Virus record (IMG/VR): IMGVR_UViG_3300028920_000041
Location: 32,001 to 96,000 of that record
Direction: 5' to 3' (one strand)
DNA: 64,000 nt
Source: a virus
Part shown: piece by piece, positions 35,915-44,135 of the stretch
How the letters are laid out: every line of letters starts with the position of its first letter
Numbering within the stretch: the stretch's first letter is position 1
The notes under the pieces: generated by a model
What the model saw: only the letters and a program-made list of their open reading frames with translations
Database searches by the model: none
What the model was told of the DNA's origin: nothing
Translations under genes and position numbers: made by a program

Positions 35915-36223
35915 ATGGTTGCTGAAAAGATGATCGAAGCAGTACTCGAAGGTAACACTGCTGAAGATGTTATGACTCAAACTCTTTCAGAGAAGAGCGA
36001 AAGAGTACATACCATCTGGCGTCATATACCCGATGACTGGAAAGCACAGTTTGAAAAAAAGAAGCTTAAAAGGAAGTCTGGCGAAGATGAAGTGATCACC
36101 ATGATACCTGACTATGGCGAAGTATCAGCCGGTAAGGGTATGTTCAAGCTAAAGACAATAGAGCCAGGAAAAGCGTCAATCAGAAAAGTCATCAGAGGCC
36201 TAACCGGAATGCAGAAGTGGTAG
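35915..36223 (+). CDS. Putative head-packaged protein
   Basis: MVAEKMIEAVLEGNTAEDVMTQTLSE; AGGAG SD. Confidence 0.65.
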   Translation: MVAEKMIEAVLEGNTAEDVMTQTLSEKSERVHTIWRHIPDDWKAQFEKKKLKRKSGEDEVITMIPDYGEVSAGKGMFKLKTIEPGKASIRKVIRGLTGMQKW

Positions 36224-36233
36224 GGGATCTATT

Positions 36234-36944
36234 ATGAACGAAACTATACTAGATGTTATCAGTAAGAATCTTGTAGTAGAAGCAACATCACTTCAACCTG
36301 TAACAAGGACTTTTAAGAGGTTTTTGAAATCAAAGGTTGTTCCTTATCTAACCAGATCCACAGGGCAGGAGTGGCAGGTTTCTAATCTTGGAGGTAAGTC
36401 TTCTGGAAGGTTTGTAAAATACTATGTCAATACAAACGGATCTCCAAGGTTAGAAATTAGTTGGGAGTTTGAAGTTGCTAAAGCTGCAAATGAAGATGAG
36501 TTCAACCTGAGAATTTACTTCACCAAGGACAATAACATACTTGGTCAGTATATTTATGGAGTTCAGGGGCAAGGTAATAGCTATATTAAACAAAACGATT
36601 TGAAAGACTTAAATAAGTTGGTTCCAGAAGTGATTATAACCGCTATAGAAGGATCAAAAGTTACTACAGTTCCCACTAAAGAGATTGAAGCTATAACTAA
36701 AGAGATTGAAGCTATAAAATCATTATCAGAAAGCTTGGATAGAACTTTATCTAAAGTTCAAAACTTTGTTCCAAAGTTTAATGATATAGTTAAAAAAGCT
36801 CTTAAATCTAAAGATCCGCAGAGGGAATTAGTTAATAGCTATAAACTTCTTTCTAGCATAAAAAAGACTCATCTCAGCGGGTATATATCACCACCGGATA
36901 GATCAGCTAAGAGTATACTTGAGCGTATTAAAGATCTATCTTAG
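36234..36944 (+). CDS. Putative head-packaged protein, AT-rich gene
   Basis: Leader MNETILDVISKNLVVEA; 21-bp tandem repeat at 36675-36716. Confidence 0.65.
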   Translation: MNETILDVISKNLVVEATSLQPVTRTFKRFLKSKVVPYLTRSTGQEWQVSNLGGKSSGRFVKYYVNTNGSPRLEISWEFEVAKAANEDEFNLRIYFTKDNNILGQYIYGVQGQGNSYIKQNDLKDLNKLVPEVIITAIEGSKVTTVPTKEIEAITKEIEAIKSLSESLDRTLSKVQNFVPKFNDIVKKALKSKDPQRELVNSYKLLSSIKKTHLSGYISPPDRSAKSILERIKDLS

Positions 36945-36961
36945 GCTAAATAAAAATCAAC

Positions 36962-37308
36962 ATGACAGCTCAAGAGAGAGACAAGTTCGCAAGAGCAGTA
37001 TTCGACGGTTCGTTCTTCCAGTACTGGAAGCTAAAGGACATGACTACTCTGGCGATGAAGACATAAACAGTAACTTTCCCATTGTTGCTAGACGGATGAA
37101 AGAGGAAATAGACAAATACGATGTCTGGCAAGTGTACTTCACAAAGCACATGATGGCTATCGAGACATGGCTAGAAGACAGGGAAGTCAAGAGTGAGCCG
37201 ATCCACATGAGAATAGTGGATGCTATTAACTATCTCATCATCTTATGGTCTATGGCAGCAGACCAAGGCCTTATGCCAAGTGCTATAGACGTACCTCAAC
37301 AAATGTAA
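36962..37308 (+). pseudogene. Nucleotide-modification-associated (DUF1599/Nmad-like) protein, apparently frameshifted
   Basis: VLEAKGHDYS...NF...VYFTKH...SEPI..RIVDAINYL in one frame; natural N-terminus MTAQERDKFARAVFD in another; one base short near 37006. Confidence 0.55.
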
Positions 37309-37318
37309 AGGATCTACC

Positions 37319-37912
37319 ATGCCGCCTGCAATGGTTAAGAAATGGGCCAAAGAAAAGGGTATGAGTACCAAAGAAGCAGAACGCAGGTGGGCCAAAGCTA
37401 AGCTACTCGCTTCAAAGCAAGGTCGCAATCCAGAAATCACTGGTGTTAACAAAGACTGGGAGTATGTAGTCGGTATATACAGAACTATGATGAAAAAGAA
37501 GCCTAAAACAGAGTCTCTGATACACAAAAGTTTAATCGAGACAATGATCGACCAAGTACTGAACGGCAAGTCTCCCAGTCAATTGATCCATAGTTTCTTT
37601 GCAAGTAGTTCGTCAGACAGTACACCGATTCGGGAAAGTGATAACACTATCAACGTTGGCGATAGCTACGTCCAAAACAAAAATTTGCGTACATTTTTCG
37701 ACGGTGAGGGAAAACTTAGGTTTTGCACTACCGAGAATGTACTAATCAGGCCAAACAGTGATCCTCGATTATTAGAACTTGTTGCATACGCTGACTGTTT
37801 GAGTGTTGATAACCCTCTGTTTGATGTGTTTGAGTCTTACGAGGGTTCGTTAGAAGATTTGTATGATCAAGTAACAAGTGCATACTCTTTGGTAACACAA
37901 ACAGGTGCATAA
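37319..37912 (+). CDS. Conserved phage protein (MPxxxVKxWAK...WxKAK) fused to targeting motif
   Basis: N-terminal helical domain, then LIETMIDQVLNGKSPSQLI. Confidence 0.65.
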   Translation: MPPAMVKKWAKEKGMSTKEAERRWAKAKLLASKQGRNPEITGVNKDWEYVVGIYRTMMKKKPKTESLIHKSLIETMIDQVLNGKSPSQLIHSFFASSSSDSTPIRESDNTINVGDSYVQNKNLRTFFDGEGKLRFCTTENVLIRPNSDPRLLELVAYADCLSVDNPLFDVFESYEGSLEDLYDQVTSAYSLVTQTGA

Positions 37913-37913
37913 A

Positions 37914-38426
37914 ATGCTAGTTGGACAAGAATACACAGTCATTGGTTGGTGTAAGAACAGACTGATTTTGCGTGACAAGATCATGTTGCAAAATCTACTA
38001 GAGGAAGTCTGTTTTGTTATTGACATGACATCGCTCGGATCTATCGGAGTTAATGTTCCTATCGAACTTGACAAGTTGAACAAAGATAAATTCGAAGATG
38101 AAGGTGGTTCTACGTCTTGTGTTCTGGCTGGAAGAGTAGACGCGAATCAAGCTTCACTGGTCTTGTCTACCAGTCACGCAAACATTCATGGCTGGCCAGA
38201 CAGAGACGTTAATAGAGATGATGGTGGCTTCTTTTGGTTTACGGTAGGTTCCTGCAGGCCTTTTAAGACAATGAAAGTTGATAACTGGCTACATGAGTAC
38301 TTGAAAGCTACTCACGTAAAGCGGATCTCCAGGTGGATTGAGTACAAGGATGGAGTGTTCATGCACTCCGAACAAGGCCTCCCTTCAGGAATTGGAGTAT
38401 CTTCTGAACAAGGATTCATAGGATGA
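37914..38426 (+). CDS. Hypothetical protein
   Basis: About 170 aa, ATGA overlap with the next gene. Confidence 0.55.
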   Translation: MLVGQEYTVIGWCKNRLILRDKIMLQNLLEEVCFVIDMTSLGSIGVNVPIELDKLNKDKFEDEGGSTSCVLAGRVDANQASLVLSTSHANIHGWPDRDVNRDDGGFFWFTVGSCRPFKTMKVDNWLHEYLKATHVKRISRWIEYKDGVFMHSEQGLPSGIGVSSEQGFIG

Positions 38427-38737
38427 TCACAGCACAAGAGCTTATAGAGAACTATCTGACTTCTGATATGGATGCAGAGGAAGTTATTGATGAAGTCATT
38501 GGACGCAGTAAAAGAACGTTTCGTAGACCTAGAAAACGAAGGTTCAGGAAGCGTGGCTCTGCTGTAGATCCTATCACCGGAAAGAGGAAAGACCCGCGCC
38601 GTAGGCGTCTAATGCGCAAAGTACGTAGACGCTTCAAGTCCAAGTTCAAGCGTGCAGCAAAGCTTAGGGCGAGAAAGCTCAAGTCCAGAGGCTTCTATAA
38701 GAAGCTTGGCAAGCTTGCCGCTCGCATCCGTCGATAA
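38423..38737 (+). CDS. Very basic prohead core protein (T4 gp68-like position and composition)
   Basis: Acidic leader MITAQELIENYL..DAEEVIDE, then an R/K-rich body; just upstream of the protease. Confidence 0.6.
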   Translation: MITAQELIENYLTSDMDAEEVIDEVIGRSKRTFRRPRKRRFRKRGSAVDPITGKRKDPRRRRLMRKVRRRFKSKFKRAAKLRARKLKSRGFYKKLGKLAARIRR

Positions 38738-39001
38738 ATGCCAAGATACTACAAACCAGTAGATCCAAAATACATCATCAAGATTGATGTCTTGGAACTA
38801 CCTCAAGTCTATGCAGCAGGTGAAGGACAGTACGAGCTAAGGCAAGCTGATACTCCAGATAAGTATGAACTACATGATCTATTCTCACTTAAAAGAACGT
38901 TGAAAACGATAATGCCGAAACGAGTTGATGACATCTTGTGTCGGCTGCAGAACTTCAGAGTTGCCTATTTGAATGTAGCAACCGGAGAAATTACGTCATG
39001 A
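38738..39001 (+). CDS. Hypothetical protein
   Basis: 87 aa; ATGA overlap with the protease start. Confidence 0.6.
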   Translation: MPRYYKPVDPKYIIKIDVLELPQVYAAGEGQYELRQADTPDKYELHDLFSLKRTLKTIMPKRVDDILCRLQNFRVAYLNVATGEITS

Positions 39002-40437
39002 CACAACTTGTTGAGGTACAGCCTTTTAACTATGCAATCGTTGAAGGGAAGGCTAAGCCTGGAGTCCTTTTGACTCTGGAAGGGACTTTTCAACGGGCTG
39101 GTACAAAGAACGCTAACGGTAGGATCTATCCGTTGCCTCTTTGGAAAAAGTTGATGTCTGATGAAGATGTCAACGAAAGGATCCAAGCCAGAAGGATGCT
39201 TGGCCACTTGGACCATCCTTCAAGTGGTGCGACTTCTCTAAGTTGTGTGTCTCACGTAGTTACAGAGCATAAGCTTCAAAGCGATGGCAGTGTAAAGGGT
39301 AAGCTTGAAATACTTGATACACCAATGGGTCAGATTGCTTCTACACTTGCTAAAGCAGGTGTTCAGTTCGGTGTGTCTTCAAGGGGTGATGGTTCTGTCG
39401 AAAGGAAAGGAGATGTAGACGAAGTACAGAACGATTATCGACTAGAAACGTATGATCTTGTGTTAAAGCCTTCGACTCCAGGCGCTTACCCTCAGATTGT
39501 TGAGTCAGAGGAAAAAGCAAAGGAGAATCTAGATCTCATCGCACAAGCAGTTGAAGGACTTGTCAATCGCACTAATGAAGTTGATGTGCTATTAGAGTGT
39601 CACAAAATAATCAGTGTCCTGGAAGGCTGCAACGAGCGTCGAGAGCAGATCTTAGCCGAGCTAAAGACAAAGCTTGGTACTGGTCAAGAGGAACAAGAAA
39701 AAAGAGAAACTCACGATTCGGAGGGACTAAAGATGACGGGAACTAATGCTGTTCCGAATGCTCCGACTGCTACGCCACAGCTTACAATTTCTCCTGAGAT
39801 GAAAGACTATCTCCAGGAATGGGTTGATAAAGGTGTGGAGGAAGCCGTTGCAGCTAAGAACGAAGAGATTAACGATTTGAACGAAAGGATCGTTGGTCTG
39901 GTCAATGAACGAGATGAGCTTGTTTTACGTATGGGTGCGGCTGAGCAGTTGATCGAGGAGTTCACTCGTAAGGTCAAATCTCTGAGTGACAATCGCACTA
40001 CAGACGAAGAGCTTCACGAAAGGTTTGACGCTTCTGTGTCATTGCTTGATGAAGCGATGTCAAGGTTGCAGGAGCTAGGCGAGACGCAGAGGCGTTTAGC
40101 TGCAGCCGAAGAGCTTCTTCAGGCTTCTATTTGTCGAGCGCAAGTGGAGTCTGTTGCAGCTAGCATTGAAGAGAAGATAGAAGACCTTGACGAATCAACG
40201 CAAGAGACGCTTAGGACGTTGCTTGAGGACTGCGAATCTGCCGAGGAAGTAGATAGCAAGTTTTCTCAGCTTGAGAGTCTGATTGAAAGCCAGAGTGATG
40301 GTTTTCCGGAGCCTGTTGTCAGGGAACCGCTGCCATCCAGAACAGGGAATCTGACAGAAGACCAGATCGGTAACGCTCGTTCGAACGGACCTAAAGACTT
40401 CATTACCAGTAGGCTTCTTTCGAAGATTGCTGGTTAA
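38998..40437 (+). CDS. gp21: Prohead protease (T4 gp21-like) fused to C-terminal scaffold-like coiled coil
   Basis: NANGRIYP, GHLDHP, GVSSRGDGS, YDLVLKPSTPGAY motifs; long acidic coiled coil; GGAG SD before ATG 38998. Confidence 0.9.
   Translation: MTQLVEVQPFNYAIVEGKAKPGVLLTLEGTFQRAGTKNANGRIYPLPLWKKLMSDEDVNERIQARRMLGHLDHPSSGATSLSCVSHVVTEHKLQSDGSVKGKLEILDTPMGQIASTLAKAGVQFGVSSRGDGSVERKGDVDEVQNDYRLETYDLVLKPSTPGAYPQIVESEEKAKENLDLIAQAVEGLVNRTNEVDVLLECHKIISVLEGCNERREQILAELKTKLGTGQEEQEKRETHDSEGLKMTGTNAVPNAPTATPQLTISPEMKDYLQEWVDKGVEEAVAAKNEEINDLNERIVGLVNERDELVLRMGAAEQLIEEFTRKVKSLSDNRTTDEELHERFDASVSLLDEAMSRLQELGETQRRLAAAEELLQASICRAQVESVAASIEEKIEDLDESTQETLRTLLEDCESAEEVDSKFSQLESLIESQSDGFPEPVVREPLPSRTGNLTEDQIGNARSNGPKDFITSRLLSKIAG
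39733..40437 (+). CDS. Nested in-frame scaffolding protein (gp22-like), predicted internal start
   Basis: TCGGAGGG SD 7 nt before the in-frame ATG 39733, at the protease/coiled-coil boundary. Confidence 0.55.
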   Translation: MTGTNAVPNAPTATPQLTISPEMKDYLQEWVDKGVEEAVAAKNEEINDLNERIVGLVNERDELVLRMGAAEQLIEEFTRKVKSLSDNRTTDEELHERFDASVSLLDEAMSRLQELGETQRRLAAAEELLQASICRAQVESVAASIEEKIEDLDESTQETLRTLLEDCESAEEVDSKFSQLESLIESQSDGFPEPVVREPLPSRTGNLTEDQIGNARSNGPKDFITSRLLSKIAG

Positions 40438-40454
40438 GGTCAAAGACGACAACA

Positions 40455-40472
40455 CACAAGTTAAATCAACTT
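40455..40472 (+). promoter_or_regulatory. CACAAGTT hairpin upstream of the MCP SD
   Basis: CACAAGTT-AAATC-AACTT directly followed by CGGAGG. Confidence 0.5.
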
Positions 40473-40480
40473 CGGAGGAC

Positions 40481-41902
40481 ATGATGATTATTGGAATTGA
40501 CGAACACAAGGCAGAGCACAATAAGATGCTTAGTGTTGGGCACTCTTTGGCCTCGAATTACAACATGACCCTTTACGAGAATGAAAAAGAGGGTCGTAAG
40601 ATGTCCATGGGGGAGCTTCTGGAAGGCCTCCCGGAAGATTCTTTGGTTCGTGCTCACACAGCAGTTATGGTTGAAAACACTCGTCGCTATTTCAACTCGC
40701 TAGATGAGACAACCAAGCTTGTGAACATCGGTGATTTCGAAAAGTACGCTTACCCGATGGTTCGGGCGGTGTTCCCGAACCTTGCTGCGCACAACTTGGC
40801 TTCTGTACAGCCGATGCTGGGTCCCGTCTCTTTAGTGTTCTACATGAAGTTCATCTATGGTCTGACCAAAGGATCTGCGGTCGCGGGTACAGACATCATC
40901 GAAAACCCGAATCAGAACTATGCTTCTGAGGATATCGATGAAGAAAACGTCGGTACGGGCACTGGTGTTGCTACTGCTTTTACAGGAAACCTGTCTTACC
41001 TTCCGGTGAAGCCTGGTACGGTGAAGTTCACAGGCGATGTTAGTGGTGTTCTGCTTGAGGTAACGGACGATGGCAACGGGAACATGATCGGTGATATTGG
41101 TGTTGGTACCAATACCATCAATTACGTTACCGGCGCTTTCAACTTCGATTTCTCCAGCGCTATCGATAGCGGAGATCCGGTCAATGCTGCTTACAGCTAT
41201 GACTTGGAAGGTAACGATACCATCCCCGATATTGATATGCAGCTTACTTCGAGTCCGGTTGTTGCCACGACTCGTAAGCTTAGGACTCGGTGGAGCCTTG
41301 AGGCTGCGCAAGATCTTAGGAACCTGCATGGTCTTGAGGCAGAGGTTGAGCAAGTCGCGGCAGTGTCCAATGAGATGAAGTTTGAGATTGACCGCGAAGT
41401 GATCGACAACATGGCGGCTATTGCTAACGGCTCTGTTGCAGCGTTTAGCAAGACACCCCTTACTGGTATCTCGTTCACAGAGCATAAGCTCGGTTTCGTA
41501 GACACACTGATTGCTGCCTCTAATGTGATCTTTGGTGCTACGCAGCGCGCTCTTGGAACGTGGATTATCGCCGGTCTGAATGTCACCAACCTGATCGAGT
41601 CCCTTCCGGGCTTTGTCCCCTCGCCACGTCCAAAGGGAACGAGGGCGGTTTACAAGGCTGGCGTGTTAAATGGCCAGTGGGACATCTGGAAAGATCCAAA
41701 CTACGGTGTTAACAACTACCTCATGGGGTACCAGGGTGATGCAATGTGGGAGGTTGGCTATATCTTCGCTCCTTACATCCTGGCCTACACGACTGCTACG
41801 ATCATGCTGGATGATTTTGTCGGTCGTAAGGGTATCTCTTCGCGGTATGGCAAGAAGGCTATTGATGGTAACTTCTACTGCCAGGGCAGTGTAACCGCAT
41901 AA
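40481..41902 (+). CDS. gp23: Major capsid protein (T4 gp23-like)
   Basis: PMVRAVFPNL..SVQPMLGPVSLVFYM; TRKLRTRWSLEAAQDLRNLHG...EIDREVI; GGAGG SD before ATG 40481/40484. Confidence 0.95.
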   Translation: MMIIGIDEHKAEHNKMLSVGHSLASNYNMTLYENEKEGRKMSMGELLEGLPEDSLVRAHTAVMVENTRRYFNSLDETTKLVNIGDFEKYAYPMVRAVFPNLAAHNLASVQPMLGPVSLVFYMKFIYGLTKGSAVAGTDIIENPNQNYASEDIDEENVGTGTGVATAFTGNLSYLPVKPGTVKFTGDVSGVLLEVTDDGNGNMIGDIGVGTNTINYVTGAFNFDFSSAIDSGDPVNAAYSYDLEGNDTIPDIDMQLTSSPVVATTRKLRTRWSLEAAQDLRNLHGLEAEVEQVAAVSNEMKFEIDREVIDNMAAIANGSVAAFSKTPLTGISFTEHKLGFVDTLIAASNVIFGATQRALGTWIIAGLNVTNLIESLPGFVPSPRPKGTRAVYKAGVLNGQWDIWKDPNYGVNNYLMGYQGDAMWEVGYIFAPYILAYTTATIMLDDFVGRKGISSRYGKKAIDGNFYCQGSVTA

Positions 41903-41940
41903 CCAGTTTTTCAAGTCGCATGCCATCTGCGGCACTCCTA

Positions 41941-41990
41941 ACCGAAGGGGGTTAGGACTTCGCCCCCTAACCCCCTTCGGTGCTTTTCTC
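41941..41990 (+). terminator. Rho-independent terminator after the MCP
   Basis: Perfect 16-bp stem ACCGAAGGGGGTTAGG / CCTAACCCCCTTCGGT followed by GCTTTTCTC. Confidence 0.8.
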
Positions 41991-42010
41991 TAGCAAGTCA
42001 AGGACAGCAA

Positions 42011-42730
42011 ATGTCAGCGTCTGTTACATCAGATGTGATCAAGCGGTACGTAAGACGCATGCTAGGGGAACCTGTTGTTGAAGTTGAAATAGAAGACGAG
42101 ACAATAAGCGAGATCATAGAGCAAGCTCTAGGTATCTATGGAACGTACAAGCCAATTGAAAAAGTAGGTACTCTAAACATCCTGTCTGGACAACAAAAGT
42201 ATGAGTTGACAGCAGCCGAGGTAGGCAAAGGAATAATCGAAGTCTTTCGTCCAGACTTGCTAAGAGCACCACTTTCTTTAGACCAATTTGATGTGTTTAA
42301 ATACCATACGCACTTGCCGAACCTAGATCCAGGTGACTACTACATGGAACGTCTCTGGTGGAAAGAAGTGCGTATGTCTGCCGGGTCAGACGATGATTGG
42401 TTTTTGGACTTTAACTATGATGATGGGTCAGCGACGTTTTACGTGAATCCTATTCCCAGTAGTTCTTACACACTAAATTACAGGTATGTGGTAGATCCTA
42501 CTTTGGCACAAGTCCCTGCTAGTGATGATGACTTAATCAAGGACTACATCCTAGCTCTTTGTAAAATCGTTGTTGGTGAGATAAGAAGCAAGTTCCAAGG
42601 TGTCGAAGGCGCTGAAGGCTCTATTGTGATGAATGGTGAAGCCTTGAAAGCAGAAGGCAAAGAAGAGAAGCAGACCTTTGATGACTACTTGGCTAATAGA
42701 GGACAAATTATACCACCTATCAGAGGCTAG
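42011..42730 (+). CDS. gp13: Neck/adaptor protein (T4 gp13-like)
   Basis: IKRYVRRMLGEPVVEVEI..E..IEQAL; IKDYILALCKIVVGEIRSKF. Confidence 0.8.
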   Translation: MSASVTSDVIKRYVRRMLGEPVVEVEIEDETISEIIEQALGIYGTYKPIEKVGTLNILSGQQKYELTAAEVGKGIIEVFRPDLLRAPLSLDQFDVFKYHTHLPNLDPGDYYMERLWWKEVRMSAGSDDDWFLDFNYDDGSATFYVNPIPSSSYTLNYRYVVDPTLAQVPASDDDLIKDYILALCKIVVGEIRSKFQGVEGAEGSIVMNGEALKAEGKEEKQTFDDYLANRGQIIPPIRG

Positions 42731-42732
42731 TT

Positions 42733-42882
42733 ATGGGTCAGTTTCCTTGGCAATCTCCTGTTATTGAAGACAGTAAAGCAAAGACTAAGGATAAAAAGAA
42801 AGAAGCAAAGACCTCACTAGATCAAGAGGTAACTGGACTCCGGTATGTTCCGTGGCTTTTCAAGACTGTAAAAGATAAATAA
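42733..42882 (+). CDS. Small hypothetical protein (49 aa)
   Basis: Read by hand; TAATG-coupled to the next gene. Confidence 0.45.
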   Translation: MGQFPWQSPVIEDSKAKTKDKKKEAKTSLDQEVTGLRYVPWLFKTVKDK

Positions 42883-43589
42883 TGCCCACCTTGAGATTTT
42901 CTTCTGGTAAAGACGCTAAGTACTTCAGGAAGAGATCTGCCGAAAAGGCAAGACTGTACTATCCCCCGCTGCGTTGGCTTCTCAACAGCAATACTATCAC
43001 GTTAAATCTGTATGGGGAGCCTGGTAACCCTATTTCAGGTACAGACGGAGCTACATCGGTAGCAGCTACACAGCAGTTCACTTCTGCCAGTGCTGATTTT
43101 GTAGATGATGGGATCAGTCCGGGTGACATTTTGGAGATTGAAACGCCAACGTGTAACAGTGGCGACAATGGCAGGTACCAAGTAAGCTCTGTCATTGATG
43201 AGAACACACTAGACATTGGCGAGGACTGGCCTGCAGGTAACCTTTCGAACTTGGTCTATAACGTCCATCTATTGAAAGAACGCTACACAGAACATCCTCA
43301 GTTGATCCCGTTTAATGTAAAGCTACGCCCTACAGAAAAAGAGCTAACCCGGTGGGGTATTGGTGAGAGAAGAGACTGTATGTTTGTAATGAGCATTTAC
43401 TTGTGTGATGAGATTGGTTTGATCCCAAAGATAGGGGATAGGTTCCTTTATCCGTACCAAAGAAGTGGAAGACCTAGAGTCATTCACATGGAAGTCAAAA
43501 ACCTCTACGAAGAAACACAGCTAACGAATAGTGCTGTACCCATTGACTATATTGGTTTTGCTGTCAGAACGACCAATAAGTTGCCGTAG
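42882..43589 (+). CDS. gp14: Head completion/neck protein (T4 gp14-like) with inserted beta domain
   Basis: NLYGE...LTRWGI...PKIGDRFLYP; position after gp13. Confidence 0.7.
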   Translation: MPTLRFSSGKDAKYFRKRSAEKARLYYPPLRWLLNSNTITLNLYGEPGNPISGTDGATSVAATQQFTSASADFVDDGISPGDILEIETPTCNSGDNGRYQVSSVIDENTLDIGEDWPAGNLSNLVYNVHLLKERYTEHPQLIPFNVKLRPTEKELTRWGIGERRDCMFVMSIYLCDEIGLIPKIGDRFLYPYQRSGRPRVIHMEVKNLYEETQLTNSAVPIDYIGFAVRTTNKLP

Positions 43590-44135
43590 ATGCCGAGAGC
43601 AAAGAGAACAACTAAAGCTGGAGTCCGCAAAAAGAAAAAGAACTTCACTTCTCTGATCTCTGTCTTTACTGAAGAAGTAGAGCTACACGCTTACAAGTGC
43701 AACAAAGAGATAGCCAGAGCATACACCAAAGAAGCCAAAGAGGTTATAGAGTCACAACGGTACAAATGGGCACCTTTAAGTCCTAGGTATAGAGAAGAAA
43801 AGATACAAAGAGGCTACGACCATAGGATCTATATCAGAACGGGAGAGTTTTTAGACTCCATATCTTGGGGCGTAACACATAAGAAGGTTTGGATGGGAAT
43901 TCCTTCCAGAAAGATGCATACAGGCAAGTTTGCTAGATCTGATGAGCCAGATAGAGAGCCTATTCCACTAAGAAAGCTTGCCCGGTGGTTGGAGTTTGGT
44001 ACAAAGCACATTCCACCTAGACCTATTTGGAGGCCTCTTTTAGCAAAGTACGTTAGGTTATATCCTGAGTTTGGTAGGCGGTATCGTACAGCAGCAATGA
44101 GAGCTGCTAAGAGAAAAGCCAAAGTCGGTAAATGA
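43590..44135 (+). CDS. Virion morphogenesis/tail completion protein (P2 gpS/HK97 gp10-like)
   Basis: WAPLSPRY...IYIRTGEFLDSI...LARWLEFGTKHIPPRPIWRP. Confidence 0.7.
   Translation: MPRAKRTTKAGVRKKKKNFTSLISVFTEEVELHAYKCNKEIARAYTKEAKEVIESQRYKWAPLSPRYREEKIQRGYDHRIYIRTGEFLDSISWGVTHKKVWMGIPSRKMHTGKFARSDEPDREPIPLRKLARWLEFGTKHIPPRPIWRPLLAKYVRLYPEFGRRYRTAAMRAAKRKAKVGK

Noticed and set aside
38938-38997. Longer ORF-track starts for the protease (38938), MCP (40427) and gp5 (54367)
   Set aside because: They overlap upstream genes and lack SDs. Downstream ATGs fit better: 38998 and 40481 by SD, 54457 by abutting the upstream stop.
40832-41485. 217-aa minus-strand ORF within the MCP
   Set aside because: Codon-bias shadow of a highly expressed gene; no SD or recognisable motif.
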